A stretch of DNA of 63,738 nucleotides, filler included. It is 5 parts of 5 records of this genome, joined end to end, with 100 filler letters (N's around TTAATTAATTAA, not from the genome) between each part and the next. Parts side by side here need not be neighbours in the genome. Positions count along the whole stretch, not along the records: positions 18,747 to 27,171 come from SRR2962707_4684; positions 27,272 to 33,540 come from SRR2962707_4687; 3 more parts are not named here. One strand, written 5' to 3'. The translations under genes and the position numbers were made by a program. Below are positions 18,981-27,320 of the stretch, piece after piece (position 1 is the first letter of the stretch; the number at the start of each line of letters is the position of its first letter). The notes beneath the pieces were generated by a model. It made no database searches. It worked only from the letters and a program-made list of their open reading frames with translations, and was not told the DNA's origin.

Positions 18981-19601
18981 CTACTTCGCCTTGAGCGGCA
19001 GGCCCAGCGCGATCAGGTCGGCCCGCAAATGCACCGGGTCCTTGAAGTGGACACCCTTCATGCCGAACTTGCGTGCCGCCACGATATTGGGCTCGCTGTC
19101 ATCAATGAACACGCAGCTTTCCGGGGCCAGCGCATAGCGCTCGCAGAACACCCGGTAGAGCCGCGGGTCGGGCTTCACCAGCCCTTCAAGACCCGACACC
19201 ACCACACCGTCGAATTTTTCGAGGAACGGCCATTCGCCGAGGCAATTGACCCATTTTTCCCAGGAGAAATTGGTAATGGCGAAGGTGGGGATATCCTGCT
19301 CGATCAGCTCATTGTGGATGTCGATCGTGCCCTCGATGAACCCGCCCACGGTCTCTTTCCAGCGCGTGTCGAAAGCCTGGATTTCCCGCCAGTATTTGGG
19401 AAAGCGGGTAATCAGCTTGGCCACGCCCTCGGCATAGATTTCGCCGGCATCGAATTCCAGATTCCAGTCCCCGGTGCAGATATGGTCGTGGAACCATTGC
19501 GCATCTTCCTCGCTGTCGAACAGCTTGCGGAACAGATACATCGGGTTCCAGTCGACGAAGACGCCGCCCAGATCGAATACGGGAATGATGTGGTCGTCCA
19601 T
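18981..19601 (-). CDS. HAD-family phosphatase
   Basis: FDLGGVFVDW, TNFS, KPDPRLY, FIDD motifs. Confidence 0.9.
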   Translation of the reverse strand: MDDHIIPVFDLGGVFVDWNPMYLFRKLFDSEEDAQWFHDHICTGDWNLEFDAGEIYAEGVAKLITRFPKYWREIQAFDTRWKETVGGFIEGTIDIHNELIEQDIPTFAITNFSWEKWVNCLGEWPFLEKFDGVVVSGLEGLVKPDPRLYRVFCERYALAPESCVFIDDSEPNIVAARKFGMKGVHFKDPVHLRADLIALGLPLKAK

Positions 19602-19697
19602 GTGAGCCGTCCGCTTGGTTCGAGAAAGTCTGAGCGGCTTGTGGCACGGCAGAATAGCGCGGACAAGCGGAGCCGGTGCCCGGCCCCGGCATGGCGG

Positions 19698-20264
19698 CTA
19701 ATTGATCGAGATAGGGTCGCCGAAGCGCGGCAGGAAATAGGCGGCGCGATACAGATTGATCGGCACGTCCATAATGATTCCGGCAGGATGGCTGTAGCTG
19801 GCTTCAGCGGCGATCACCATGTTGCCCTTGGCGATATCGATCATCTCTTCAGGCAAGGCGTAAGCCCCCCCCACCGTGTGGGGTGTGATGTCGGTATAGT
19901 CCTCACCTTGATATTGCCGCGTCCAGATCACCTCGGTCGACTCGTCGCCATTGACCCGCACCGCGGTCACTACCTGAAGGACTTCGCTGGAATCGTAGGG
20001 GGTCATGATCCCGCTCGCGGCCAGGAAAAAGTCTTGCATCTGAGCATTGGTGATGGTGCCGTCCATGCGCGCCACCAGGTCACCAACGGCGCCGGCCACC
20101 GATTGTACCTTGCGGTCCTTGGTAATCAGTGCGCTCGCTTCCAGCATACCGATATAGGTGAACAGCATGACCGGCAGAATGAGCGCGAACTCCACCACTG
20201 CAGCGCCCTGCTGGGCGCGACGGAACTGCTTTAGCCCATCGAGCAATGCGCGAACCCTGCTCAT
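19698..20264 (-). CDS. TadE/TadG-family pseudopilin
   Basis: Prepilin motif QQG|AAVVEFALILP. Confidence 0.88.
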   Translation of the reverse strand: MSRVRALLDGLKQFRRAQQGAAVVEFALILPVMLFTYIGMLEASALITKDRKVQSVAGAVGDLVARMDGTITNAQMQDFFLAASGIMTPYDSSEVLQVVTAVRVNGDESTEVIWTRQYQGEDYTDITPHTVGGAYALPEEMIDIAKGNMVIAAEASYSHPAGIIMDVPINLYRAAYFLPRFGDPISIN

Positions 20265-20851
20265 GAGAATGGCTCGTTCTGGAATACCGTGGCCGAGCCC
20301 ATCAGCCGCCGGCCATCGCCCATATTCGACATGCCAAGAATGCCCAGTCTTATCGTAACCGGATAGCGATAATAGACCTGAACCAGTGTCACGGACTTGC
20401 CATTGCCAGGTGTCCAGGCCTCGCCCACCGTCCAGTCGCAGGGGGCCTCGCAGTCAGTGTCGAGTGGCGGCTCCAGATCGGCGGATTGGAAATTGACCAG
20501 CGTGTTGACCCTGATGTGCAACCCGGCACAATCGGGAAACAGCCCGTAGAGGCGACCACAGATATCGGCGCGGAATTCCTCGATCGTGGTTCCTGCGTCC
20601 TGCACCTGGCCGGTGCGAATGGTGCGCGCAGCATCCTGTACCGCGCTTTCCAGGATCTGCGAGGACAGGAAGATCACCGAGGTCTGGATGATCGCCCCGA
20701 TAATGCCGAAGAAGGGCAGGGCGAGCAGCCCGAATTCAATAGCCGTCACGCCGCGCTGGTCGCGCGTAAAATGGCGGCTCTGCCGCTTCATCCTGTGCCA
20801 GCTCTTGCCGAACAATTCGCTTTGGCTCCCGCGTAAACGCTTTGGAGCCAT
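20261..20851 (-). CDS. TadE/TadG-family pseudopilin
   Basis: DQRG|VTAIEFGLLALPF, AARTIRTGQ, C-terminal FQNEPF; start uncertain. Confidence 0.88.
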   Translation of the reverse strand: MAPKRLRGSQSELFGKSWHRMKRQSRHFTRDQRGVTAIEFGLLALPFFGIIGAIIQTSVIFLSSQILESAVQDAARTIRTGQVQDAGTTIEEFRADICGRLYGLFPDCAGLHIRVNTLVNFQSADLEPPLDTDCEAPCDWTVGEAWTPGNGKSVTLVQVYYRYPVTIRLGILGMSNMGDGRRLMGSATVFQNEPFS

Positions 20852-20917
20852 ACTAGGGGGATACCCTCACCCAATGGTTAGGAAGACCGACGCAAAACCG
20901 GGGATTGAGCCTTAGGG

Positions 20918-20933
20918 TAAACGCCAGCTTAAC
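20918..20933. promoter_or_regulatory. CtrA-like box upstream of the tadE pair
   Basis: TAAA-N7-TTAAC versus consensus TTAA-N7-TTAAC. Confidence 0.55.
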
Positions 20934-20958
20934 GCGGGATCGGCAGTCCGGCCCGGTC

Positions 20959-21405
20959 CTAGTTTGCGGCCGACTGCACCAGCTGGGAGGAGGCCAGCAC
21001 CCGGCCCGAATAGCCGGTGTCATCGCCCATCATCACCACCGGCTGGCATGTCGGCGCACAGGACAGGGTCGTCCGGCTCTGTCCCTGATAGACAGTCATG
21101 ATGCCCGCGCTCATCTGCACCACTTCCACCAGCGTGTCCGCAACGGGCTCGCCCCGGCTGTCCAGCACGATCAGATTGGTCTGACCATAGCTCTTGCCGG
21201 TCAGGATCAAAGTCTGCGGATCCTGTATGGTCACATCGGCGATGCCGGGATTGCCCACAATGACGGTCGCAGCCGGTGCGCTGATGCGCAGAATGCGTGC
21301 CATGTTCACATTGACATTGATCGGTGCGCCGTCCTGGGCCAGGGCGGGCATCGGCGCCGCAAGAGTTGCGGCGAGCAACAGGGCAGTGGCGGCAAAACGG
21401 AACAT
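20959..21405 (-). CDS. pilus assembly protein with secretin-like N-terminal domain (T2SS-T3SS_pil_N type)
   Basis: Signal peptide MFRFAATALLLAA; VGNPGIADVT, TGKSYGQTNLIVLD, SCAPTCQP. Confidence 0.85.
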   Translation of the reverse strand: MFRFAATALLLAATLAAPMPALAQDGAPINVNVNMARILRISAPAATVIVGNPGIADVTIQDPQTLILTGKSYGQTNLIVLDSRGEPVADTLVEVVQMSAGIMTVYQGQSRTTLSCAPTCQPVVMMGDDTGYSGRVLASSQLVQSAAN

Positions 21406-21624
21406 GGTGCAAACCTGGGTACTGATACGCTGTCCCCTACGATCCACCCGAATGGTAAATACTTGGCAAACGCCGTGGGATTGATCGCTCATGCGCTTGG
21501 TGTCGGTGCCAGCCGAGTATAGATCATAAGGTCGGTTCAATATGAATGTGCCTGCAAAGTCTCCGTACTCTTGAATTATGAGGGCGGCGGCAGTTGTTGC
21601 ATTCTTAAAAGTTTATCTACTTGT

Positions 21625-21700
21625 TAAACGTGGTGTTTACCAGAAAAACGGCAACCTGCTACAATCTAGCTGCCGGCCTCCCGATTAACGCTATTTCAAC
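21625..21700 (+). promoter_or_regulatory. CtrA-like boxes upstream of the Flp pilin
   Basis: TAAA-N7-TTTAC (21625-21640) and TTAA-N7-TCAAC (21685-21700). Confidence 0.6.
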
Positions 21701-21789
21701 GTGTGGCGGCTAGCGTCAGGCCATGTTCGATGAGTGACGTGGTCCGACACTGCGCTCACCCGAGGACGTGTAAAAAAAGGAGCCTGGGA

Positions 21790-21972
21790 ATGAATATTTT
21801 CGCACGTTTCGCGCAGGATGAGTCGGGCGCGACGGCAATCGAGTACGGCCTGATCGCCGCACTCATCTCTGTTGGTATTATCGCTGCTGTCTCCGTTCTT
21901 GGTGATGGCCTCCAGGGTGTGTTTGAGACGATCAACACCGAACTGGGTTTTGAAGCTGCAGCAGAAGATTGA
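21790..21972 (+). CDS. flp: Flp family type IVb pilin (major, PilA-like)
   Basis: DESG|ATAIEYGLIAALI; AGGAG RBS; 60 aa. Confidence 0.95.
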   Translation: MNIFARFAQDESGATAIEYGLIAALISVGIIAAVSVLGDGLQGVFETINTELGFEAAAED

Positions 21973-22093
21973 TCCCGAATAGGGCATCACTATAACAGTC
22001 GATCACCTTCACGACTTGTTCGACTGGTACTACATCGCGGGCTCTCCCCTTCGGCAGGGCCCGCGATTTCGATTCTTGCGGTGAGGATAATGC

Positions 22094-22303
22094 ATGTCTG
22101 GACCAAAAAGGATCGATCCGCGTCTGGGGGCTGCCCTGCGCAGACTGGCAGCAGATGAACATGGCGCGACGGCCATGGAATATGCCATGATTGCCTCCCT
22201 GCTCTCAGTCGCCATTGTGGGGTCCGCTCTCATGTTGGGCGGCGGCCTGGAAGACCTTTGGGACTATGTCCGCGACGAAGTCTTGGCGGGCCTTGCGCTC
22301 TAG
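22094..22303 (+). CDS. second Flp family pilin
   Basis: DEHG|ATAMEYAMIASLL. Confidence 0.88.
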   Translation: MSGPKRIDPRLGAALRRLAADEHGATAMEYAMIASLLSVAIVGSALMLGGGLEDLWDYVRDEVLAGLAL

Positions 22304-22395
22304 GCAATATCTGCGTTTCCCAATTCGCTATTTCTTAAGCCTGTCCGTGCCAACAATGGTCTGGTCCGGCAGCCGAGCTTTGCGTGGAGGGTGAA

Positions 22396-22908
22396 ATGTT
22401 CCAGTATCTAGCCTTGTTTTTCTTCCCCCTGGCCATGGCCTTTGCAGCCTCGTCGGACCTGTTAACCATGCGCATCTCTAACAAGCTGGTCTTGCTGCTG
22501 GTTGCTGGCTTTGTCGCCATGGCGCTCGTCGTTGAGCTGCCTTTGCAGCAGTTTGCCATGCATGTGCTGTGCGCCTTTGTCGTGCTGGTCGTCGCTTTTG
22601 GCCTGTTCGCCATGCGCTGGATCGGCGGTGGCGATGCCAAGCTGGCCGCTGCGACCACGCTCTGGCTCGGCTTCGGTCTTACCTTGCCCTATCTGGTGCA
22701 TGCCGCCTTGCTCGGCGGTGTGCTGACGCTGCTTATCTTGATACTGCGCCGCCTGCCGCTTGATACCCTGCTCGTCGGACGCCCCTGGCTGGGCTGGCTC
22801 AATCGTCTGCACGACCCCAAGCAGGGCGTGCCCTATGGCATCGCCCTGGCGGCCGCCGGCCTGCTGACCTATTCCAATACCGCCATCTTCGAGCGTCTTA
22901 CGGCCTAA
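22396..22908 (+). CDS. cpaA: prepilin peptidase (A24 family)
   Basis: SDLLTMRISN, GGGDAKL, GVPYGIALA; GGAGG RBS. Confidence 0.93.
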   Translation: MFQYLALFFFPLAMAFAASSDLLTMRISNKLVLLLVAGFVAMALVVELPLQQFAMHVLCAFVVLVVAFGLFAMRWIGGGDAKLAAATTLWLGFGLTLPYLVHAALLGGVLTLLILILRRLPLDTLLVGRPWLGWLNRLHDPKQGVPYGIALAAAGLLTYSNTAIFERLTA

Positions 22909-23001
22909 ACTTCAGTAATCAGTCGCTTTTGCGGTCGCTGGCGAAATAATCGCTGGCGGCCTTTTCTGTTGCGCGTAGCGCGTTCTCGCAAAAAGCAAGC
23001 G

Positions 23002-23052
23002 TTCATAACTTGTTAACGCCTTTTGCAAAGCCCTGATTAACTAAAACTTGAC
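23002..23052 (+). promoter_or_regulatory. tandem CtrA-like boxes upstream of cpaB
   Basis: TTCA-N7-TTAAC (23002-23017) and TTAA-N7-TTGAC (23037-23052). Confidence 0.6.
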
Positions 23053-23117
23053 CCTTTGCTTCCATAGTTCATCCGGTGGAATTGGGCCAGTAGGCTCGCG
23101 TACAACCGGAGTAGGGC

Positions 23118-24032
23118 ATGAGACCCGCGCGTATCATCCTGTTATTGGTTGCCCTTGTGGCAGGTTCTCTGGCGGCCTTTCTGGTCATGCGGGGCAGCGC
23201 GCCACCGGCACCGACAACCGAGGTGAGGACCGAGGTCGTCCAGGAAGCCAAGACGCAGATTCTGGTGGCCAAGGCTCCGATTGGCGTTGGCGAGCGGCTC
23301 AATCCGGCGCGCCTGGAATGGCAGGACTGGCCAGAAGGCGCCCTGCGCACGGAATATGTGACGATTTCGGCCATGCCCGACGCGCCCGAACAGCTCAAGG
23401 GCGCCGTCGCCCGTTTTGAGTTCTTCCCCGGCGAACCGATCCGCGAGGCCAAGCTGGTCCGTGCCGATCAGGGTTATCTCTCTGCTGTGCTCTCGCCCGG
23501 CAAGCGCGGCGTCTCGGTCACCGTATCGGCGGCTTCCAGCGCTGGCGGCTTCGTGGTGCCCAATGACCATGTCGATGTGCTCCTCACCACCTCCACCGAG
23601 ATGGGTCAGCGCTCCGAGGTCATTCTGTCCAATGTACGCGTCCTGGCCCTGGGCAAGCGCCTGGGTGAAATGGGCGTCAGCGGTGGCGATGAAACCGGCG
23701 CCGAAGACAGCCCCAACCCGACAACATTCAACGACTCGACGATTGCCACGCTTGAACTCGATCCGGCCCAGGCCGAAACGCTGGTCAACGCCTCGACCCG
23801 GGGGCGGCTGAGCCTCACCCTGCGTTCCGTGGCCGATTTCAATCGCGTCGAAACGGGCGTGCCCACCAATCAGGCCGTCCGGCTGATCCGCTACGGCCGG
23901 GAACAGAGTGTGCTGGCCGGCAGCGCCATGTCCGCTGACGCCAATGATTACAGCACCCCCGAAGTCAACAATCTGCCCGGCAACAATCAGGCCCCGGAGG
24001 CGTCCTCGACGCCCCAGATCCTGCCGCAATAG
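23118..24032 (+). CDS. cpaB: Flp pilus assembly protein CpaB
   Basis: SAF-like domain, GEPIREAKL, PGKRGVSV, AGGFVVPNDHVDV, LSLTLRS. Confidence 0.92.
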   Translation: MRPARIILLLVALVAGSLAAFLVMRGSAPPAPTTEVRTEVVQEAKTQILVAKAPIGVGERLNPARLEWQDWPEGALRTEYVTISAMPDAPEQLKGAVARFEFFPGEPIREAKLVRADQGYLSAVLSPGKRGVSVTVSAASSAGGFVVPNDHVDVLLTTSTEMGQRSEVILSNVRVLALGKRLGEMGVSGGDETGAEDSPNPTTFNDSTIATLELDPAQAETLVNASTRGRLSLTLRSVADFNRVETGVPTNQAVRLIRYGREQSVLAGSAMSADANDYSTPEVNNLPGNNQAPEASSTPQILPQ

Positions 24033-24042
24033 AGGCGAGACA

Positions 24043-25467
24043 ATGATGGACAAGCCAATCAATTCGACACTGCGCAGGGTCTCGCGAGGCGCCGCCACTC
24101 TCGGCATGGCCGCCCTGATGGGCGCCACCGCGGCCATCGCTCCGGCCATGGCGCAAGCCACCCCGGCACAGATAACCATCGCCGCCTCGGCTTATGGCGC
24201 GGTGCGCTCGCTTGATGTTGAGCTGAACAAGTCGGTCATCGTCGATCTGCCGGCCGGTGTGGCAGAGGTGATCGTCTCCCAACCCGATGTAGCCGCCGCG
24301 ATTATGCGCTCCCGCACCCGTAGCATCATTCAGGGCGTCACCGGTGGTAACACCAATGTTTTCTTCCTCGACGACCAGGGCCGCACCATACAGGTGCTGG
24401 ATCTGCGCGTGATCGAAGAGCCCTCACAGGTCGGCAATGCCCTCGAAGACGCCCTGCGCCGCGTCATTCCCGGCTCCCATATCAGCGTGGAATCGGTGAC
24501 GCTGGGTGATGAAACCAACCGCGTCGTGCTGACCGGCACGGTCCAGTCCGCCGAGGACAAGGACCGGGCTCAGGAAGTCGCTATCCAGTTTGCCGGTGAC
24601 CCCAAGAACGTCGCCAACATCATCGACATCGCCGGCGCCCAGCAGGTCATGCTGCAGGTCACCGTCTCCGAAGTGAAGCGCGACATCGCCAAGCAGTTCG
24701 GCATCAATTTCGGCGCACTGCTCAATGTCGGCACGCTGAACCTGTTTGAATTCACCAATCGTCTGCTGACCGATTCCTTCCCCACCGATGGGCTCAATGT
24801 CGGCTACAATGACGGCAACGGGAATTCGGTGGCCGCTGCGGTTCGCGCGCTTGAAGGGCGCGGGGCGCTACGCGTGCTGGCCCAGCCGACCCTCACTGCA
24901 ATTTCGGGGCAGGAAGCCAAGTTCCTCGCCGGTGGCGAATTGCCCTACTATACCTATGACGATGAAGAGAACACCCGCACCGTGACCTTCAAGCCTTACG
25001 GTGTGGAGCTTTCATTTGTGCCGACCGTCAAGTCGAACGGGTCGATCGGCCTCAAGGTCGACACCTCGGTCTCCGAACCACAGGCCGATTTCTCCATCAC
25101 CAAGCGTCAGGCGGCGACATCGGTGGAACTGCCCAGCGGCACGACGCTCGCCATCGGTGGTCTGCTGCAGGAATCAGCCAGCCAGGACATTCGGCAGTTC
25201 CCCCTGCTCGGGGACATCCCTATCCTGGGCGCCTTGTTCCGCTCGCGCGACTACCAGACCCAGCAGACCGAGCTGGTCATTCTGGTCACCCCCTATCTTG
25301 TCTCGCCCAGCCCGGCCAACTCCATTCCCGTGCCGACCGACCGCACGATGATGGCCAGCGATGCCGAGGGCATCTTCCTGGGGCGGCTCGAGACCATCTA
25401 CGGCGTCGGCGCTACGGGCGAATTCCGCGGCGGGTTTTCCGGCAATATCGGCTTTGTTTTGGACTGA
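24043..25467 (+). CDS. cpaC: pilus secretin CpaC
   Basis: QQVMLQVTVSEV, LAQPTLTAISGQEAKFLAGGE, LGDIPILGALFRS, ELVILVTP. Confidence 0.93.
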   Translation: MMDKPINSTLRRVSRGAATLGMAALMGATAAIAPAMAQATPAQITIAASAYGAVRSLDVELNKSVIVDLPAGVAEVIVSQPDVAAAIMRSRTRSIIQGVTGGNTNVFFLDDQGRTIQVLDLRVIEEPSQVGNALEDALRRVIPGSHISVESVTLGDETNRVVLTGTVQSAEDKDRAQEVAIQFAGDPKNVANIIDIAGAQQVMLQVTVSEVKRDIAKQFGINFGALLNVGTLNLFEFTNRLLTDSFPTDGLNVGYNDGNGNSVAAAVRALEGRGALRVLAQPTLTAISGQEAKFLAGGELPYYTYDDEENTRTVTFKPYGVELSFVPTVKSNGSIGLKVDTSVSEPQADFSITKRQAATSVELPSGTTLAIGGLLQESASQDIRQFPLLGDIPILGALFRSRDYQTQQTELVILVTPYLVSPSPANSIPVPTDRTMMASDAEGIFLGRLETIYGVGATGEFRGGFSGNIGFVLD

Positions 25468-25491
25468 TTGCGGATCAGGAGCACCAGATCT

Positions 25492-26766
25492 ATGAGTTTC
25501 CTTACCCCTGACCAGCCAGCACAGGCAGACGAGCCGGCAGCCGAGATCGCCTCGGGCGCACGCCTTGTGCCGCGCATCACCATTCAGGCCTTCTGCGAGC
25601 ATTCCCAGTCAGCCCAACTGGTTGAAAGCGCCATGCATGACCGGCGCATGTCCAAGGTGGCGCTGACCACCCATAATGGCGGCATCGACGGCGCGGTCGA
25701 GACCTACAAGTCCAACCCCACGCCCAATCTGATCATCGTCGAAACCACGCTTTCGCCGGACCTGATTCCATCGGCCCTCGAAAAGCTGGCCGAGGTCTGC
25801 GACGCCTCGACCCGGGTTATCGTTCTCGGCCATGTCAACGATGTGCTACTCTATCGCGAGCTGATCCGTTCCGGCATTTCCGAATATGTCGTGCTTCCGG
25901 CCACCTCGTCCGAGATCGTCACCGCCATCACCGAGCTCTACGCCGCCGAAGGCGCTGCCCCGATCGGGCGCACGGTCGGCTTCATTTCGGCCAAGGGCGG
26001 CGCAGGCAGCTCCACCATTGCCCATAATGTGGGCTGGGCCATTGCCACCGGCCTGCGTCAGGATTGCCTGATCGTCGACATGGACCTGCCCTTCGGCACG
26101 GCCGGCCTCAATTTCAATCAGGACCCGCCCCATGGCCTGGCCGATGCGGTTCTGGCCAACCAGAAGGTCGACCAGACCATGCTGGATCGGTTGATGAGCA
26201 AGGCGGCCAACCACATCAACCTGCTCACTGCGCCCGCCACCCTGGATCACACCTGGGATTTCGAGGAGCGCGAGTTCGAACAGGTCATCGAGACCTGCCA
26301 GAAGAGTGTGCCGATCATCGTGCTCGACATTCCTCACGGCTGGAACGGCTGGACCCGCCAGACCCTGGCCTCGATCGACGATGTCGTCATCGTTGTGGAA
26401 CCGGACCTGGCCAATCTGCGCAATGCCAAGAACATGGCCGACGCCATCAAGGCGCTGCGTCCCACCGATGCCGGGCCCAGGCTGGTGATCAACAAGCTCG
26501 GCATCCCCCGCCGGCCCGAGATTGGCGCCAATGAATTCGCCGCCTCGGTGGAATGCGAGCTGATCGGCCAGATCGGCTTTGATGCGCAGCTTTTCGGTAC
26601 GGCGGCCAATAACGGGCAGATGATCGCCGAGGTCGCGGCCAACAACAAGATCAACGAGATCTTCTCCAATATCGGCATGCATGTCACCGGCCGGCAGCCG
26701 GGCCATGTAGCGGCAAAAACGGGGAGCCTGCTCAAGCTTCCATCCCTGTTCAAGAAGCGGGCCTGA
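25492..26766 (+). CDS. cpaE: pilus assembly protein CpaE (receiver-like + MinD-like ATPase)
   Basis: PRITIQAFC, GHVNDVLLYREL, KGGAGSST, FGTAANNGQMI. Confidence 0.93.
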   Translation: MSFLTPDQPAQADEPAAEIASGARLVPRITIQAFCEHSQSAQLVESAMHDRRMSKVALTTHNGGIDGAVETYKSNPTPNLIIVETTLSPDLIPSALEKLAEVCDASTRVIVLGHVNDVLLYRELIRSGISEYVVLPATSSEIVTAITELYAAEGAAPIGRTVGFISAKGGAGSSTIAHNVGWAIATGLRQDCLIVDMDLPFGTAGLNFNQDPPHGLADAVLANQKVDQTMLDRLMSKAANHINLLTAPATLDHTWDFEEREFEQVIETCQKSVPIIVLDIPHGWNGWTRQTLASIDDVVIVVEPDLANLRNAKNMADAIKALRPTDAGPRLVINKLGIPRRPEIGANEFAASVECELIGQIGFDAQLFGTAANNGQMIAEVAANNKINEIFSNIGMHVTGRQPGHVAAKTGSLLKLPSLFKKRA

Positions 26767-26804
26767 AGCCTGCAAGCGTAGAGACCAGGACGGTAGGGAC
26801 TTTC

Positions 26805-27171
26805 ATGTTTGGCAAGCGCACCACATTTGGCGGCAATACGCCCGGACTGAGCGAGGCACCGCGGCCAGTGGCCAGTCCGTCGCCCGCGCCGGCACCTGCG
26901 CCGCAGCGCCGCGCCAGCGATGGCGATGGCATGAGCGCGCGCATGCGCACCACCGATGAGGTGCTCGACGTGCGGGCGCCCGCCGATGCCCAGCGCGCCA
27001 AGGAATACTTCCAGACCAAGTCCGCCATTTTCAACGCGCTGATCGATTCTATCGATCTCAGCCAGCTCGCCACCATGGAGAGCCAGGCCGCCCGCGAAGA
27101 AATCCGCGACATCGTCGCCGAGATCATCGCGCTCAAATCCATCGTCATGTCGATTTCCGAGCAGGAAGACC
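26805..27171 (+). CDS. cpaF: pilus assembly ATPase CpaF, N-terminal part (truncated by contig edge)
   Basis: MFGKR start, IFNALIDSIDLSQL..AREEIRDIVAEII; directly follows cpaE. Confidence 0.88.
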
Positions 27172-27271
27172 NNNNNNNNNNNNNNNNNNNNNNNNNNNNN
27201 NNNNNNNNNNNNNNNTTAATTAATTAANNNNNNNNNNNNNNNNNNNNNNNNNNNNNNNNNNNNNNNNNNNN
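27172..27271. other. artificial contig spacer
   Basis: N44-TTAATTAATTAA-N44. Confidence 0.99.
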
Positions 27272-27308
27272 GTGTGTGTGTGTGTGTGTCCGTGTGTGTG
27301 TACGTGTG
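27272..27308. repeat. (GT)n microsatellite at eukaryotic contig start
   Basis: Direct reading of the GT dinucleotide run. Confidence 0.85.
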
Positions 27309-27320
27309 CATTCGATCGCC

